DNA of 36,839 nucleotides from an uncultured Gammaproteobacteria bacterium (GCA_964652175.1 CAZZBC010000002.1:1-36839); one strand, 5' to 3'; positions 1-8,484 are shown, counted from the stretch's first letter. The notes: generated by a model from the sequence alone, not told the origin. A program made the numbers and translations.

Positions 1-52
1 CCCCACTACAAATGGGGCACATCCGAATGGCGGGTTCGCGAAGCGAATAACT

Positions 53-745
53 ATGTTTGACAAAATCACTCCCCCGGGCACGGGGCAAAATCAAGATAAT
101 AAAAGCGCGCCAACGGCAAAAGAAGGGGTGGAAGATATTTTTTCCGCCAGCGATCGTTTTTCCGGCTCCGGCTCTTTGCCGCCCAAACCGCCTGTTTTCC
201 AGCCTAAAACAGCGTTTCCCGCCGCCCCGCCGGCCAAGGGCGCCGCGCGGTTGGGCCTTGAAGATAAATTGGCCGGCATCAACAAAAAGTATTTTTTGCT
301 CGGCCTTGTTGTTTTAATTTTATTGGTTATCGCCGTCGGGGTTTGGGGAATCGGCAAATATAATCCTTTTTCAAAAAAAGGCGAAAATGCCAGCGAGGTT
401 CAACCCGTCACTGAAACAGGAGTTCAAAATGGAACAGTTGTTAGTGGCGAAACCGCAACCGAAACGGCGACGGAAGCGGAAAACAAGACTGTCACGGAAG
501 AGCCGGTTGTTAAGCCGGCCGACAGCGATCAAGACGGATTGTCGGACGAAGAAGAAAAGAGCTTAAAGACGGATTCCAACAACATTGATTCGGACAACGA
601 CGGTTTGTTTGACCGCGAAGAAGTTAAGGTGTACGCCACGGATCCGCTTAAAGCGGATACTGATGGTGACGGCTATAAGGACGGGGCGGAAGTGAAAAAC
701 GGTTACAATCCCAAAGGGGCGGGAAGGCTTTATGAGATAAAGTAA
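53..745 (+). CDS. Membrane-anchored protein with thrombospondin-type-3-like acidic Ca-binding repeats
   Basis: 230-aa ORF. It has a Pro/Ala-rich N-terminus and one hydrophobic span (YFLLGLVVLILLVIAVGVWGI). Three DxDxDGxxDxxE-like repeats follow: DSDQDGLSDEEE, DSDNDGLFDREE, DTDGDGYKDGAE. Confidence 0.6.
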   Translation: MFDKITPPGTGQNQDNKSAPTAKEGVEDIFSASDRFSGSGSLPPKPPVFQPKTAFPAAPPAKGAARLGLEDKLAGINKKYFLLGLVVLILLVIAVGVWGIGKYNPFSKKGENASEVQPVTETGVQNGTVVSGETATETATEAENKTVTEEPVVKPADSDQDGLSDEEEKSLKTDSNNIDSDNDGLFDREEVKVYATDPLKADTDGDGYKDGAEVKNGYNPKGAGRLYEIK

Positions 746-763
746 ATCTCTATAAAATAAACG

Positions 764-853
764 ATCCCCCTTGCATAAGGGGGATTAAGGGGGTTTAAGG
801 CAACGGCAAACACAAAAATCCCCCTTACCCCTTTTATACAAAGGGGGTAAATA
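764..853. repeat. Two C-tract/G-tract hairpin modules (B: CCCCCTTGCATAAGGGGGATTAAGGGGGTTTAAGG; A: AAAATCCCCCTTACCCCTTTTATACAAAGGGGGTAAATAC)
   Basis: Both modules recur in swapped order inside pilD (17079-17158). Module A also recurs at 20158-20192 and 27149-27190. Confidence 0.8.
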
Positions 854-860
854 CAAAACC

Positions 861-1886
861 ATGTTTAACCTATTTAATTTTTTTAAAAAAAACAAAGAAA
901 AAGGCGGCCCTGGAAAAGAAGCAACGGAAAAAAAAGAAGAAAAGAAAATAATTGATGCGGATTTATCCAAAGACATAATTATTCATGTTATGCCCGAGCG
1001 TTTTCGCGTTGTTCACGCCAAAGCCGGCAAAGCCAAAAAAACGGGACTGCTTATTTTAATCGGCGGCTTTTTGTTTTTTGTCGTTGTTTCGGGAGCGTTG
1101 TATTATTACTTATTCGGGCCGGGAGCGGAAAAAAAGCCAAAGCCCGTTCCAGTTTCGGCGCCGGCGCAAAAAGAAACAAAAAGCGCGCCCAAACCGACGG
1201 CCACCTCCACAGTGAGCGAGGAAACCAAAAAAGCCACCACCACTCCCAGTTTTTCAGGCCTTAATTTAAGCCAGGCCACTACCACCGCAGAAATCGCCAC
1301 GACCACGCCGGCAAGCGGGACCGGTTATGCTCCCGGCCGCGACATTGACAGCGATAACCTAACGGATAAAGAAGAAGAGCTGTTGGGAACCGCCGTTAAC
1401 AATCCGGACAGCGACGGCGACGGCTACAGCGATTTTACCGAGATAAGCAACCTTTATAACCCGTCTACTTACGCCAGCGCCAGATTGATTGGCAATCCGC
1501 GCGTTAAGAAATACGCCAATACCGCTTTTGGCTACAGCCTCCTTTATCCGGCCGCCTGGACAATCAGCTCTTTGGGAGGCAATGATTCCATTATGTTTAA
1601 ATCGGCCGATGATCAATTTATTCAGGTCATCGCGCAGCCCAACCCGGACAGGCAAACCATTGAAAACTGGTATTTTGAGCAGTTTAAAGTAAGTGCGGAC
1701 GAGTCAAAACGCTTAACGGGTAACGGCTGGCAAGGGATTAAAAATAATAATGGTTTGATTGTTTATTTGACCGACAAGAAAAACAATTACATTTTTACCA
1801 TTACTTATAATCCTGTTTCCGCCACTGCTCTTGATTATGGGAGCATTCTGACTATGATGATAAAATCATTTGCGATTACGGAGTAA
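861..1886 (+). CDS. Membrane-anchored protein, Thr/Pro-rich linker plus acidic Ca-binding-type repeats and a C-terminal globular domain
   Basis: 341-aa ORF with a Lys-rich N-terminus and a TM span (GLLILIGGFLFFVVVSGALYYYLF). It carries DIDSDNLTDKEEE and DSDGDGYSDFTE motifs, the same architecture as the upstream gene. Confidence 0.6.
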   Translation: MFNLFNFFKKNKEKGGPGKEATEKKEEKKIIDADLSKDIIIHVMPERFRVVHAKAGKAKKTGLLILIGGFLFFVVVSGALYYYLFGPGAEKKPKPVPVSAPAQKETKSAPKPTATSTVSEETKKATTTPSFSGLNLSQATTTAEIATTTPASGTGYAPGRDIDSDNLTDKEEELLGTAVNNPDSDGDGYSDFTEISNLYNPSTYASARLIGNPRVKKYANTAFGYSLLYPAAWTISSLGGNDSIMFKSADDQFIQVIAQPNPDRQTIENWYFEQFKVSADESKRLTGNGWQGIKNNNGLIVYLTDKKNNYIFTITYNPVSATALDYGSILTMMIKSFAITE

Positions 1887-1893
1887 ATCTTTT

Positions 1894-2352
1894 ATGGTAG
1901 AAATTAACAACAAGACCGAGAGTAAAATAAATTTGACCGTTGTCCGCCAAACCGCGGAAATTTTTTTAAAAAAACATAAAAAACAAAAGAACGAACTGTC
2001 CATCGCTTTTGTCGGAGATCGCCTTATCCGCCGGCTGAATGAAACATACCGCGGAATTGACAAGCCAACCGATGTTTTAACGTTTCCCGACTATCCGGCA
2101 ATACCCCCCGTCGTCATTCCCGTCCCGCCGACGGCGGGAGGAATCCAGAATTTGGGCGAAATAATAATTGATTACGCGCAGATTAAAAGGCAGGCGCGCG
2201 AACAAGGCCACTCGGCGCAAAAAGAACTCATATTTATTTTAGTCCACGGCCTTCTGCATCTTGTCGGCTACGATGACGCGACGGAAAAGGGGAGATTGGA
2301 GATGATAAGAAAAGGGGAGGAGTTTATTAAAAATTTAGAATATAGAATTTAG
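1894..2352 (+). CDS. ybeY: rRNA maturation endoribonuclease YbeY
   Basis: HGLLHLVGYDD metal-binding motif and TDVLTFP motif. I place the start at ATG 1894 (MVEINNK...) with GGAG 10 nt upstream; the track ORF starts at 1870 and overlaps the previous gene. The last codons run into an AT-rich TAGAAT repeat. Confidence 0.85.
   Translation: MVEINNKTESKINLTVVRQTAEIFLKKHKKQKNELSIAFVGDRLIRRLNETYRGIDKPTDVLTFPDYPAIPPVVIPVPPTAGGIQNLGEIIIDYAQIKRQAREQGHSAQKELIFILVHGLLHLVGYDDATEKGRLEMIRKGEEFIKNLEYRI
2113..2151. repeat. 39-nt palindromic element in frame inside ybeY (GTCATTCCCGTCCCGCCGACGGCGGGAGGAATCCAGAAT)
   Basis: It has the same GTCATTCCC...GGAATCCAGAAT ends as the elements at 15784 and 33126. It is translated VIPVPPTAGGIQN. 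Its length is a multiple of 3. Confidence 0.7.
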
Positions 2353-2377
2353 AATTTAGGAATGCGAATATGCGGTT

Positions 2378-2752
2378 ATGATTAAATTCAGGCGTTTAAT
2401 AAAAAGTTTCATTTACGCTTTTCGGGGACTTGTCAAGACTTTCCGCGAGGAGCAAAATTTTAAAATTCAGGTTGCCATAGGCGCTTTAGTCGTAGGGGCG
2501 GGCTTGTTTTTAAAAATCAGCCGTCTTGAGTGGTGTATAATTATTTTATCCATCGCTTCGGTGGTTTTAATGGAGATCGCCAACAGCGCGGTTGAGCGCA
2601 TAACCGATGTTTTAAAGCCCAGGATTGACAGTTATGTCAAAGAAATAAAGGACATAACGGCCGCCGCGGTCATGCTGGCGTCTTTGGTCGCGGCTATTAT
2701 TGGAGTTATTATTTTTTATCCGCATTTGGTAAAATATTTTTTTGTGTTATAA
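2378..2752 (+). CDS. dgkA: Diacylglycerol/undecaprenol kinase family protein
   Basis: 124-aa, three-TM protein with the EIANSAVERITD motif typical of prokaryotic DAGK. It has the classic position next to ybeY. Confidence 0.8.
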   Translation: MIKFRRLIKSFIYAFRGLVKTFREEQNFKIQVAIGALVVGAGLFLKISRLEWCIIILSIASVVLMEIANSAVERITDVLKPRIDSYVKEIKDITAAAVMLASLVAAIIGVIIFYPHLVKYFFVL

Positions 2753-2759
2753 TATTTTT

Positions 2760-4019
2760 ATGAGAAACAACATCATCGCCGGTTTGGATATCGGTTCCAC
2801 AGCCATTAGGTTGGTAATTGGACAAAAAGTTAGGAGCGACTTTGGAGAAAAGTTGCAAATTATTGGCGCCGTTGAAGCGCCGTCCGCCGGCATTAACCGC
2901 GGAGCGATTTCGAGCATTGAGGACGCGACTTCCTCTATTTCCGCCTGCCTGGAAAAAGGCGAGCGATTGGCCGGAGTTCCCATTAATAATGTCTGGGTGA
3001 GCATCAACGGCCCTTTTATTAAGTGCGAAAGAAGCAGGGGAGTGGTGGCTGTCGGCAAATCAGACGGCGAAATTACCGAGGATGACGTGGGGCGGGCGGT
3101 GGAAGCAGCCCGCGCCTTATCCGTTCCCCCCAACTACGAAATATTGCACGTTATTCCGGTTAAATTTATCGTTGACAATCAGGAAGACATAAAAGACCCT
3201 ATTGGCATGACCGGAGTCAGACTGGAAGTGGAAACATTGATTATCCAAGGGCTTTCCAGCCAGGTTAAAAATTTAACCAAAGCGATTTATCGCACGGGAG
3301 TCAACATAGAGGATTTGGTTTTATCTCCCTTGGTCGCCGCTGAAACAGTTATCAGCCCCAAGCAAAAAGATTTGGGCGCGGCTTTGATTAACATCGGGGC
3401 GGCAACGACCAGCTTGGCCGTTTTTGAGGAAGGCGAGCTTTTATACGCGGCCGTTTTGCCTATCGGTTCGGAACATATTACTGCCGACATTGCCATTGGG
3501 CTCAGGTGCCCCATTAACCTGGCCGAAAGAATTAAAGTTGAATACGGCAGCGCCACCGCGGACCAATTCAGTAAGAAAGACGAAGTCAACATCAGCGACT
3601 TGGCCGAGGAAGAAGGCGCGGCTGGAGAGGTTGCGGAAATATCCAAAAAATATTTAGCGGAAATTATTGAAGCCAGAGTGGAAGAGATTATGGAAAAAGT
3701 TGACAATGAATTTAAAAAAATTGACCGCTCCGGCATGCTGCCGGCGGGCGTATTTTTAATCGGCGGCGGATCTAAATTAAATAATTTGGCGGAAGCGGCC
3801 AAGAAAACATTGCGCCTGCCGGCTTGTTTGGGCGCAAACAAGCACGTTGAAACGGTGATTGACAAAGTTAATGACCCTATTTTTTTAACCGCCCTAGGTT
3901 TGGTTATTTGGGGAGAGCAGTTAAAGAAAAGTAAGTTTAACATAAAGTTGCCCGGCGGCGAGGTTATTGACAAATCGGTTGAAAAGGTAAAAAAATGGCT
4001 TTCTTCTTTGATGCCTTAA
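2760..4019 (+). CDS. ftsA: Cell division protein FtsA
   Basis: Actin-fold motifs: GLDIGSTAIRLVIG at the N-terminus and GVFLIGGGSKLNNL. The start at ATG 2760 avoids overlap with dgkA; the track ORF starts at 2742. Confidence 0.9.
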   Translation: MRNNIIAGLDIGSTAIRLVIGQKVRSDFGEKLQIIGAVEAPSAGINRGAISSIEDATSSISACLEKGERLAGVPINNVWVSINGPFIKCERSRGVVAVGKSDGEITEDDVGRAVEAARALSVPPNYEILHVIPVKFIVDNQEDIKDPIGMTGVRLEVETLIIQGLSSQVKNLTKAIYRTGVNIEDLVLSPLVAAETVISPKQKDLGAALINIGAATTSLAVFEEGELLYAAVLPIGSEHITADIAIGLRCPINLAERIKVEYGSATADQFSKKDEVNISDLAEEEGAAGEVAEISKKYLAEIIEARVEEIMEKVDNEFKKIDRSGMLPAGVFLIGGGSKLNNLAEAAKKTLRLPACLGANKHVETVIDKVNDPIFLTALGLVIWGEQLKKSKFNIKLPGGEVIDKSVEKVKKWLSSLMP

Positions 4020-4053
4020 GGTGTATAAATAATTTATACACCCCTTGTTTTTT
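4020..4053 (+). terminator. Rho-independent terminator after ftsA
   Basis: 10-bp stem GGTGTATAAA/TTTATACACC with a 3-nt loop, followed by CCTTGTTTTTT. Confidence 0.7.
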
Positions 4054-4069
4054 AAGGATTTTGGGGGTA

Positions 4070-4098
4070 TTGCCTTTTTTTGGGCAGCGGGGTATTAT
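4070..4098 (+). promoter_or_regulatory. Candidate sigma70-type promoter for ftsZ
   Basis: TTGCCT, a 17-nt spacer, then TATTAT. Sequence match only. Confidence 0.35.
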
Positions 4099-4156
4099 AG
4101 AAATAGTTTAGTGTTAAAAGGTATCGCGACTCGTATCGTTTAGTGTTAAAGGTCAA

Positions 4157-5416
4157 ATGTCAGACACGTTCAACACAACCGTTTTACGATACGGGCATCG
4201 TAACCATATAATTTTTTCTATGGCTGAAGTAAAACCAGCGGTGGAAACATTCGCTAAAATTAAAGTGATCGGCGTGGGCGGCTCAGGTGGAGCCGGCATT
4301 AACCGCATGGTGGAAGGCGGCGTGAAGGGCGTGGAATTTATCGCCGTCAATACCGATGTGCAAGCTCTACATTATAACAAGGCATCTAAGAAGCTGCATA
4401 TTGGAAAGTCAATCACCCGCGGCCTGGGCGCGGGCATGAATCCGGAATTGGGACGGCAGGCGGCTGAAGAATCGCAAAATGAAATTAGGGACATTTTGAA
4501 GGATACGGATATGGTTTTTGTGACCTGCGGCTTGGGCGGCGGAACGGGCACCGGCGCAGCGCCAATTGTGGCAGAGATCGCCCGCGACCTCGGCGCCTTG
4601 ACCGTGGCGGTGGTGACCAAACCTTTTTCTTTTGAAGGAGCGCAAAGGAAAAATATCGCCGAAAGAGGTTTTATGGAGCTTGCCGACAAGGTGGACACTA
4701 TCATTACCATACCTAACGACAAGTTACTTCAAGTTATAGACAAGAAGACTTCTTTATTGGACGCCTTCGGGGTGGTTGATGAAGTTTTGCGTCAAGGCGT
4801 GCAGGGCATCGCCGAACTCATTACCGTGCCCGGGCTTATTAATGTTGATTTTTCCGATGTTAAGGCGGTTATGGCCAATGCCGGTTCAGCGTTAATGGGC
4901 ATCGGCCAGGCCTCGGGCGAGAATAAGGCAATAGAAGCCGCGAAAGCGGCGGTTAATTCTCCCCTGTTGGAAATATCCATTGAAGGCGCGAGAGGAATAT
5001 TATTTACCATTACCGGCGGTCCCAATTTGGCCATGAATGAAGTTAATGAAGCGGCTAAAGTAATTACCGCTTCCGCCGACGAGGATGCCAAAATTATTTT
5101 TGGCGCGGTAATTAACGATAAAATGAAAGATGAGGTTAAAGTTACGGTGGTGGCGACCGGTTTTGACAATAAAATAAGCAGGGACAGGGACGCGGTTTCG
5201 GCCGAAAGAACTTATACCCCCAACGCTTTTATCGCCGGCGGGGACAAAAAAGAGGAAAGAGGCGGCGCCAAAGGACTGGTTCAGGAAAAAAAGAAAAGCA
5301 AAATTTCTCCCCTAAAAGCCGCCCAGGCCGAACCGGCGGCCGCTAAAAAAGCAATAACCGAAGAAGAAGATGATGAATTAGGCATCCCGGCGTTCATTCG
5401 GAAGAAGATGATGTAA
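4157..5416 (+). CDS. ftsZ: Cell division GTPase FtsZ
   Basis: GVGGSGGAGINRM and GLGGGTGTGAAP tubulin signature motifs, with a conserved C-terminal peptide DELGIPAFIRKK. An alternative, more typical start is ATG 4220 (MAEVKPAVE...). Confidence 0.92.
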   Translation: MSDTFNTTVLRYGHRNHIIFSMAEVKPAVETFAKIKVIGVGGSGGAGINRMVEGGVKGVEFIAVNTDVQALHYNKASKKLHIGKSITRGLGAGMNPELGRQAAEESQNEIRDILKDTDMVFVTCGLGGGTGTGAAPIVAEIARDLGALTVAVVTKPFSFEGAQRKNIAERGFMELADKVDTIITIPNDKLLQVIDKKTSLLDAFGVVDEVLRQGVQGIAELITVPGLINVDFSDVKAVMANAGSALMGIGQASGENKAIEAAKAAVNSPLLEISIEGARGILFTITGGPNLAMNEVNEAAKVITASADEDAKIIFGAVINDKMKDEVKVTVVATGFDNKISRDRDAVSAERTYTPNAFIAGGDKKEERGGAKGLVQEKKKSKISPLKAAQAEPAAAKKAITEEEDDELGIPAFIRKKMM

Positions 5417-5481
5417 GGTTATCGCTTCGCGAGCCCTGCTATCCCGCCAAGGCGGGACGGCATATCCGAATTATAATAGAC

Positions 5482-5505
5482 CATGGATTAGTCCATGATT
5501 TTTTG
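5482..5505 (+). terminator. Weak rho-independent terminator after ftsZ
   Basis: CATGGA-TTAG-TCCATG hairpin followed by ATTTTTT. Confidence 0.45.
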
Positions 5506-5615
5506 ATGAGTTGTCCACAGATTTTGAGCTATCCACAGGCGTTTTTTTATTCTCTTAATTTCTATCCGCGGCGTTGTTTGATAAAACCCCTTATAATCAA
5601 GGGATTTTTTTATTC

Positions 5616-5643
5616 TTGACAAAGCCGGTTGGTTTGCTAAAAT
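5616..5643 (+). promoter_or_regulatory. Candidate promoter of the nrdR-nrdD-nrdG operon
   Basis: TTGACA (5616-5621), a 16-nt spacer, then TAAAAT (5638-5643). A perfect TATAAT also lies at 5643-5648. Confidence 0.5.
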
Positions 5644-5651
5644 ATAATTAG

Positions 5652-5697
5652 ATACTATATCTAGTGGTGGCGACAGGGAAGGAGGCACAATATATTG
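5652..5697 (+). promoter_or_regulatory. Two NrdR-box-like palindromes
   Basis: ACTATATCTAGT (5654-5665) and the perfect palindrome CAATATATTG (5688-5697) have centres about 33 nt apart. They lie immediately downstream of the -10 element and resemble the tandem A/T-cored NrdR operator arrangement. Confidence 0.5.
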
Positions 5698-5793
5698 ACT
5701 TTCAACAGAATGAAAAATAAGCCCAAAACACCTTAAGTAGCCCCTTAAAGAACAAGATGAAGAAAAAATAGGTGTTTTTTTGTTGGTTATATG

Positions 5794-5910
5794 ATCCCGT
5801 TAGAAGCCGCGATCGCTTTACGGGCAACAGAAAAAATAACGTTTACGCAAATATTAAACATAATACATGCAGGTCGATATTATTTGATCGCGATCTGCTT
5901 CTAACGGGAT
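5794..5910 (+). promoter_or_regulatory. Long-range helix that encloses the nrdR start codon
   Basis: ATCCCGTTAGAAGC (5794-5807) pairs perfectly with GCTTCTAACGGGAT (5897-5910), and CGCGATC (5808-5814) pairs with GATCGCG (5886-5892). The A and T of ATG 5909 are inside the helix. Confidence 0.5.
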
Positions 5911-6376
5911 GAGATGCCCTGTCTGTTATTACGAAGATACTAAGGTGGTTGATTCCCGCGTGGCGCCGGACGGCCTTTCCATAAGAAGAAGGAGGGAATG
6001 CTTGAAGTGCGATTTCCGCTTCTCCACCAGCGAAGAGATGGAAATTCTTGATTTGGCGGTTGTCAAAAGGAACGGGACGCGCGAATCGTATTCGCGGGAT
6101 AAAATCATCAGGGGGCTTAGAAAAGCGCTGGAAAAAAGGCCGATTACCGAAGATAAATTTAAAAAACTTGTCCATTCTATAGAGCGCGATTTGCAAGCTT
6201 TGCGAAAAAACGAAGTAACAACCGGAGAAATCGGCCAGATTGTCATGAAAAATTTAAAAAAAGCGGACCAAGTCGCTTATATCCGCTTCGCGTCGGTCTA
6301 TGAATCATTCAAAGACGCGCATACGTTTAGGCGGGAATTAAATAAGTTGTTACGGAATAAAAAAAATAGAAAATAA
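5909..6376 (+). CDS. nrdR: Transcriptional repressor NrdR
   Basis: MRCPVC...CLKC zinc ribbon followed by an ATP-cone. It lies directly upstream of nrdD. Confidence 0.92.
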   Translation: MRCPVCYYEDTKVVDSRVAPDGLSIRRRRECLKCDFRFSTSEEMEILDLAVVKRNGTRESYSRDKIIRGLRKALEKRPITEDKFKKLVHSIERDLQALRKNEVTTGEIGQIVMKNLKKADQVAYIRFASVYESFKDAHTFRRELNKLLRNKKNRK

Positions 6377-6389
6377 GTAATATTTTTCC

Positions 6390-8474
6390 ATGCAAAATAT
6401 TATTACTCAAATTTTAAAACGCTCCGGCGAGATCGCTCCTTTTGACCGGAAAAAAATTACCGACGCTATTTTTAAGGCGACGGCCGCGGTCGGCAAGCCG
6501 GACCAAAATTTGGCCGAGAAATTGAGCGAAGAGGTGGTGGCGATGCTTAGCGAAAAATTTCATTCCCGCTCCATTCCGGCCGTGGAAGAAATCCAGGATA
6601 TAGTGGAAGAGGTTTTGATTAAAAACCGGCAGATTAAAGTAGCCAAATCTTACATCCTTTACCGCGACCAGCGCGCGCGTTTGCGCGAAATGAAAGCCAC
6701 CATGGTTGCTTCCGACGAGTTGATGGAAAGTTATCTCAAGCAAACCGATTGGCGCGTCAAAGAAAATTCCAACATGAGCTATAGCCTGCAAGGGCTTAAT
6801 AATCACGTCGCTTCGGTTATCTCTTCCAATTATTGGCTTAATAAGGTTTATACAGCCAACATTAGAGACGCCCACCAAAACGGCGATTTTCATTTGCATG
6901 ATTTGCAGATTCTGGCCCCTTATTGCGCCGGCTGGGACTTGAAGGATTTGCTTATTCAAGGGTTTGGCGGCGTTTCCGGCAAGGTGGAATCCGGGCCGGC
7001 CAAACATTTTCGCACCGCCCTGGGGCAGATTATTAATTTTTTTTACACTCTGCAGGGCGAAGTGGCCGGAGCCGAAGCTTTTTCCAATTTTGACACCTTT
7101 TTAGCGCCTTTTATCAGGCATGACAATTTAAGTTACAAGGAAGTCAAACAATGCTTGCAGGAATTTTTGTTTAACATCAATGTTCCCACCCGCGTCGGCT
7201 TTCAGACTCCTTTTACTAATATTACCATGGATCTTGCGCCATCCAAGGCGACAGGCGAGGAAAATGTGATTGTCGGCGGCAAGGCCCAGAAGGAGAAATA
7301 TAAAGATTTTCAGGAAGAGATGAACATGCTCAATATGGCGTTTGCCGAATTGATGATGGAAGGAGACGCTAAAGGACGGGTTTTTACTTTCCCCATCCCG
7401 ACTTATAACATAACAAAAGATTTTCCCTGGGATTCGCCCGTAGCGCAAAAGATTTTTGAGATGACCGCCAAATATGGCATTCCCTATTTTTCCAACTTCA
7501 TAAATTCGGACATGAATCCGGACGACGCGCGTTCCATGTGCTGCCGGCTGCGGCTGGATAACCGTGAATTGAAAAAACGCGGCGGCGCGCTGTTCGGCGC
7601 CAATCCTTTGACAGGTTCGATCGGGGTGGTGACCATTGATTTGCCAAGAGTCGGTTACTTGTCAAAAGGAAAAAAAGAATTTTTCAGCCGCCTTGCCGAA
7701 TTAATGGGCATAGCCCGAGAAAGCTTGGAAATAAAAAGAAAAGTGCTTGAGGATTTAACCGAGAACGGCCTTTATCCTTACGCCAAGCATTATTTAAGAG
7801 GAGTAAAACAAAGATTCGGCGGTTATTGGAATAATCATTTTTCCACCATCGGCATCATCGGCATGAACGAAGCCCTGCTCAATTTTGCGCCGATCAAAGC
7901 TTCCATCGCTTCAAAAGAGGGCCAGAAATTCGCCATAGAGGTCTTGGATTTTATGCGGGAAACAGCAATGGATTATCAAAACGAAACTAATCATTTGTAT
8001 AATTTGGAAGCGACGCCAGCTGAGGGGGTGACCAGGCGGCTTTCTCGCATTGATAAAGACAAGTATCCGGACATAATAGTTGCTAACGAAGAAGTGGTCA
8101 AAGCCGGCAAGGCCTCTCCTTACTACACCAACTCTTCCCAATTGCCGGTTAATTATACCGAAGATTTTTTTGAGGCCCTTGATTTGCAGGATGATTTACA
8201 GACAAGATATACCGGCGGCACGGTGCTCCACGGTTTTATCGGCGAATCATTAAATTCCGCGGAAGGGGTTAAAAAATTAGTTAAGGCGATTGCCTATAAA
8301 TATCATCTCCCATATTTTACCATTACGCCGACTTTTTCCATCTGCCCCAAGCACGGTTACATTTCCGGTGAACATTTCTTTTGTCCCAAATGCGATGAAG
8401 AAATCGGCTATGTCGGTTCGGTCAGTTCGGTCGGTTTGCGGGAGTCAAGATTAAATAGTTTAAACGCAAAATAA
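6390..8474 (+). CDS. nrdD: Anaerobic ribonucleoside-triphosphate reductase (class III) NrdD, body lacking the glycyl-radical motif
   Basis: N-terminal ATP-cone (ILKRSGEIAPFDRKKI). The catalytic core includes the CCRLRLD motif, and a CPKH...CPKC zinc ribbon lies at 8343-8393. The last 23 residues (GYVGSVSSVGLRESRLNSLNAK) are repeat-derived, and no RVxGY motif is present. Confidence 0.88.
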   Translation: MQNIITQILKRSGEIAPFDRKKITDAIFKATAAVGKPDQNLAEKLSEEVVAMLSEKFHSRSIPAVEEIQDIVEEVLIKNRQIKVAKSYILYRDQRARLREMKATMVASDELMESYLKQTDWRVKENSNMSYSLQGLNNHVASVISSNYWLNKVYTANIRDAHQNGDFHLHDLQILAPYCAGWDLKDLLIQGFGGVSGKVESGPAKHFRTALGQIINFFYTLQGEVAGAEAFSNFDTFLAPFIRHDNLSYKEVKQCLQEFLFNINVPTRVGFQTPFTNITMDLAPSKATGEENVIVGGKAQKEKYKDFQEEMNMLNMAFAELMMEGDAKGRVFTFPIPTYNITKDFPWDSPVAQKIFEMTAKYGIPYFSNFINSDMNPDDARSMCCRLRLDNRELKKRGGALFGANPLTGSIGVVTIDLPRVGYLSKGKKEFFSRLAELMGIARESLEIKRKVLEDLTENGLYPYAKHYLRGVKQRFGGYWNNHFSTIGIIGMNEALLNFAPIKASIASKEGQKFAIEVLDFMRETAMDYQNETNHLYNLEATPAEGVTRRLSRIDKDKYPDIIVANEEVVKAGKASPYYTNSSQLPVNYTEDFFEALDLQDDLQTRYTGGTVLHGFIGESLNSAEGVKKLVKAIAYKYHLPYFTITPTFSICPKHGYISGEHFFCPKCDEEIGYVGSVSSVGLRESRLNSLNAK

Positions 8475-8484
8475 AAATAAAATA

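Noticed and set aside
3287-3973. Long antisense or alternative-frame ORFs in the track (e.g. 3287-3973 -, 6414-7007 -, 4372-4722 -, 24529-24936 -, 32150-32647 -, 34567-35133 -, 57-317 +).
   Set aside because: They lie entirely within strongly supported genes on the other strand or frame. They have low-complexity or Arg/Ser/Pro-rich shadow-ORF composition and no motifs or SD sequences.
5511-5537. Replication origin (oriC) at the DnaA-box-like 9-mers.
   Set aside because: There are only two one-mismatch boxes, no adjacent AT-rich unwinding element with 13-mer-like repeats, no dnaA or dnaN nearby, and no strand switch in gene orientation. It is kept only as a possible regulatory site.
5660-5700. 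SRP (4.5S) RNA-like motif GGCGACAGGGAAGGAGGCAC downstream of the promoter at 5616-5643.
   Set aside because: It has only a loose resemblance to the GGAA tetraloop/AGCA region. No complementary 3' strand or conserved domain IV pairing could be found. The region is better explained as the nrd leader with NrdR boxes.
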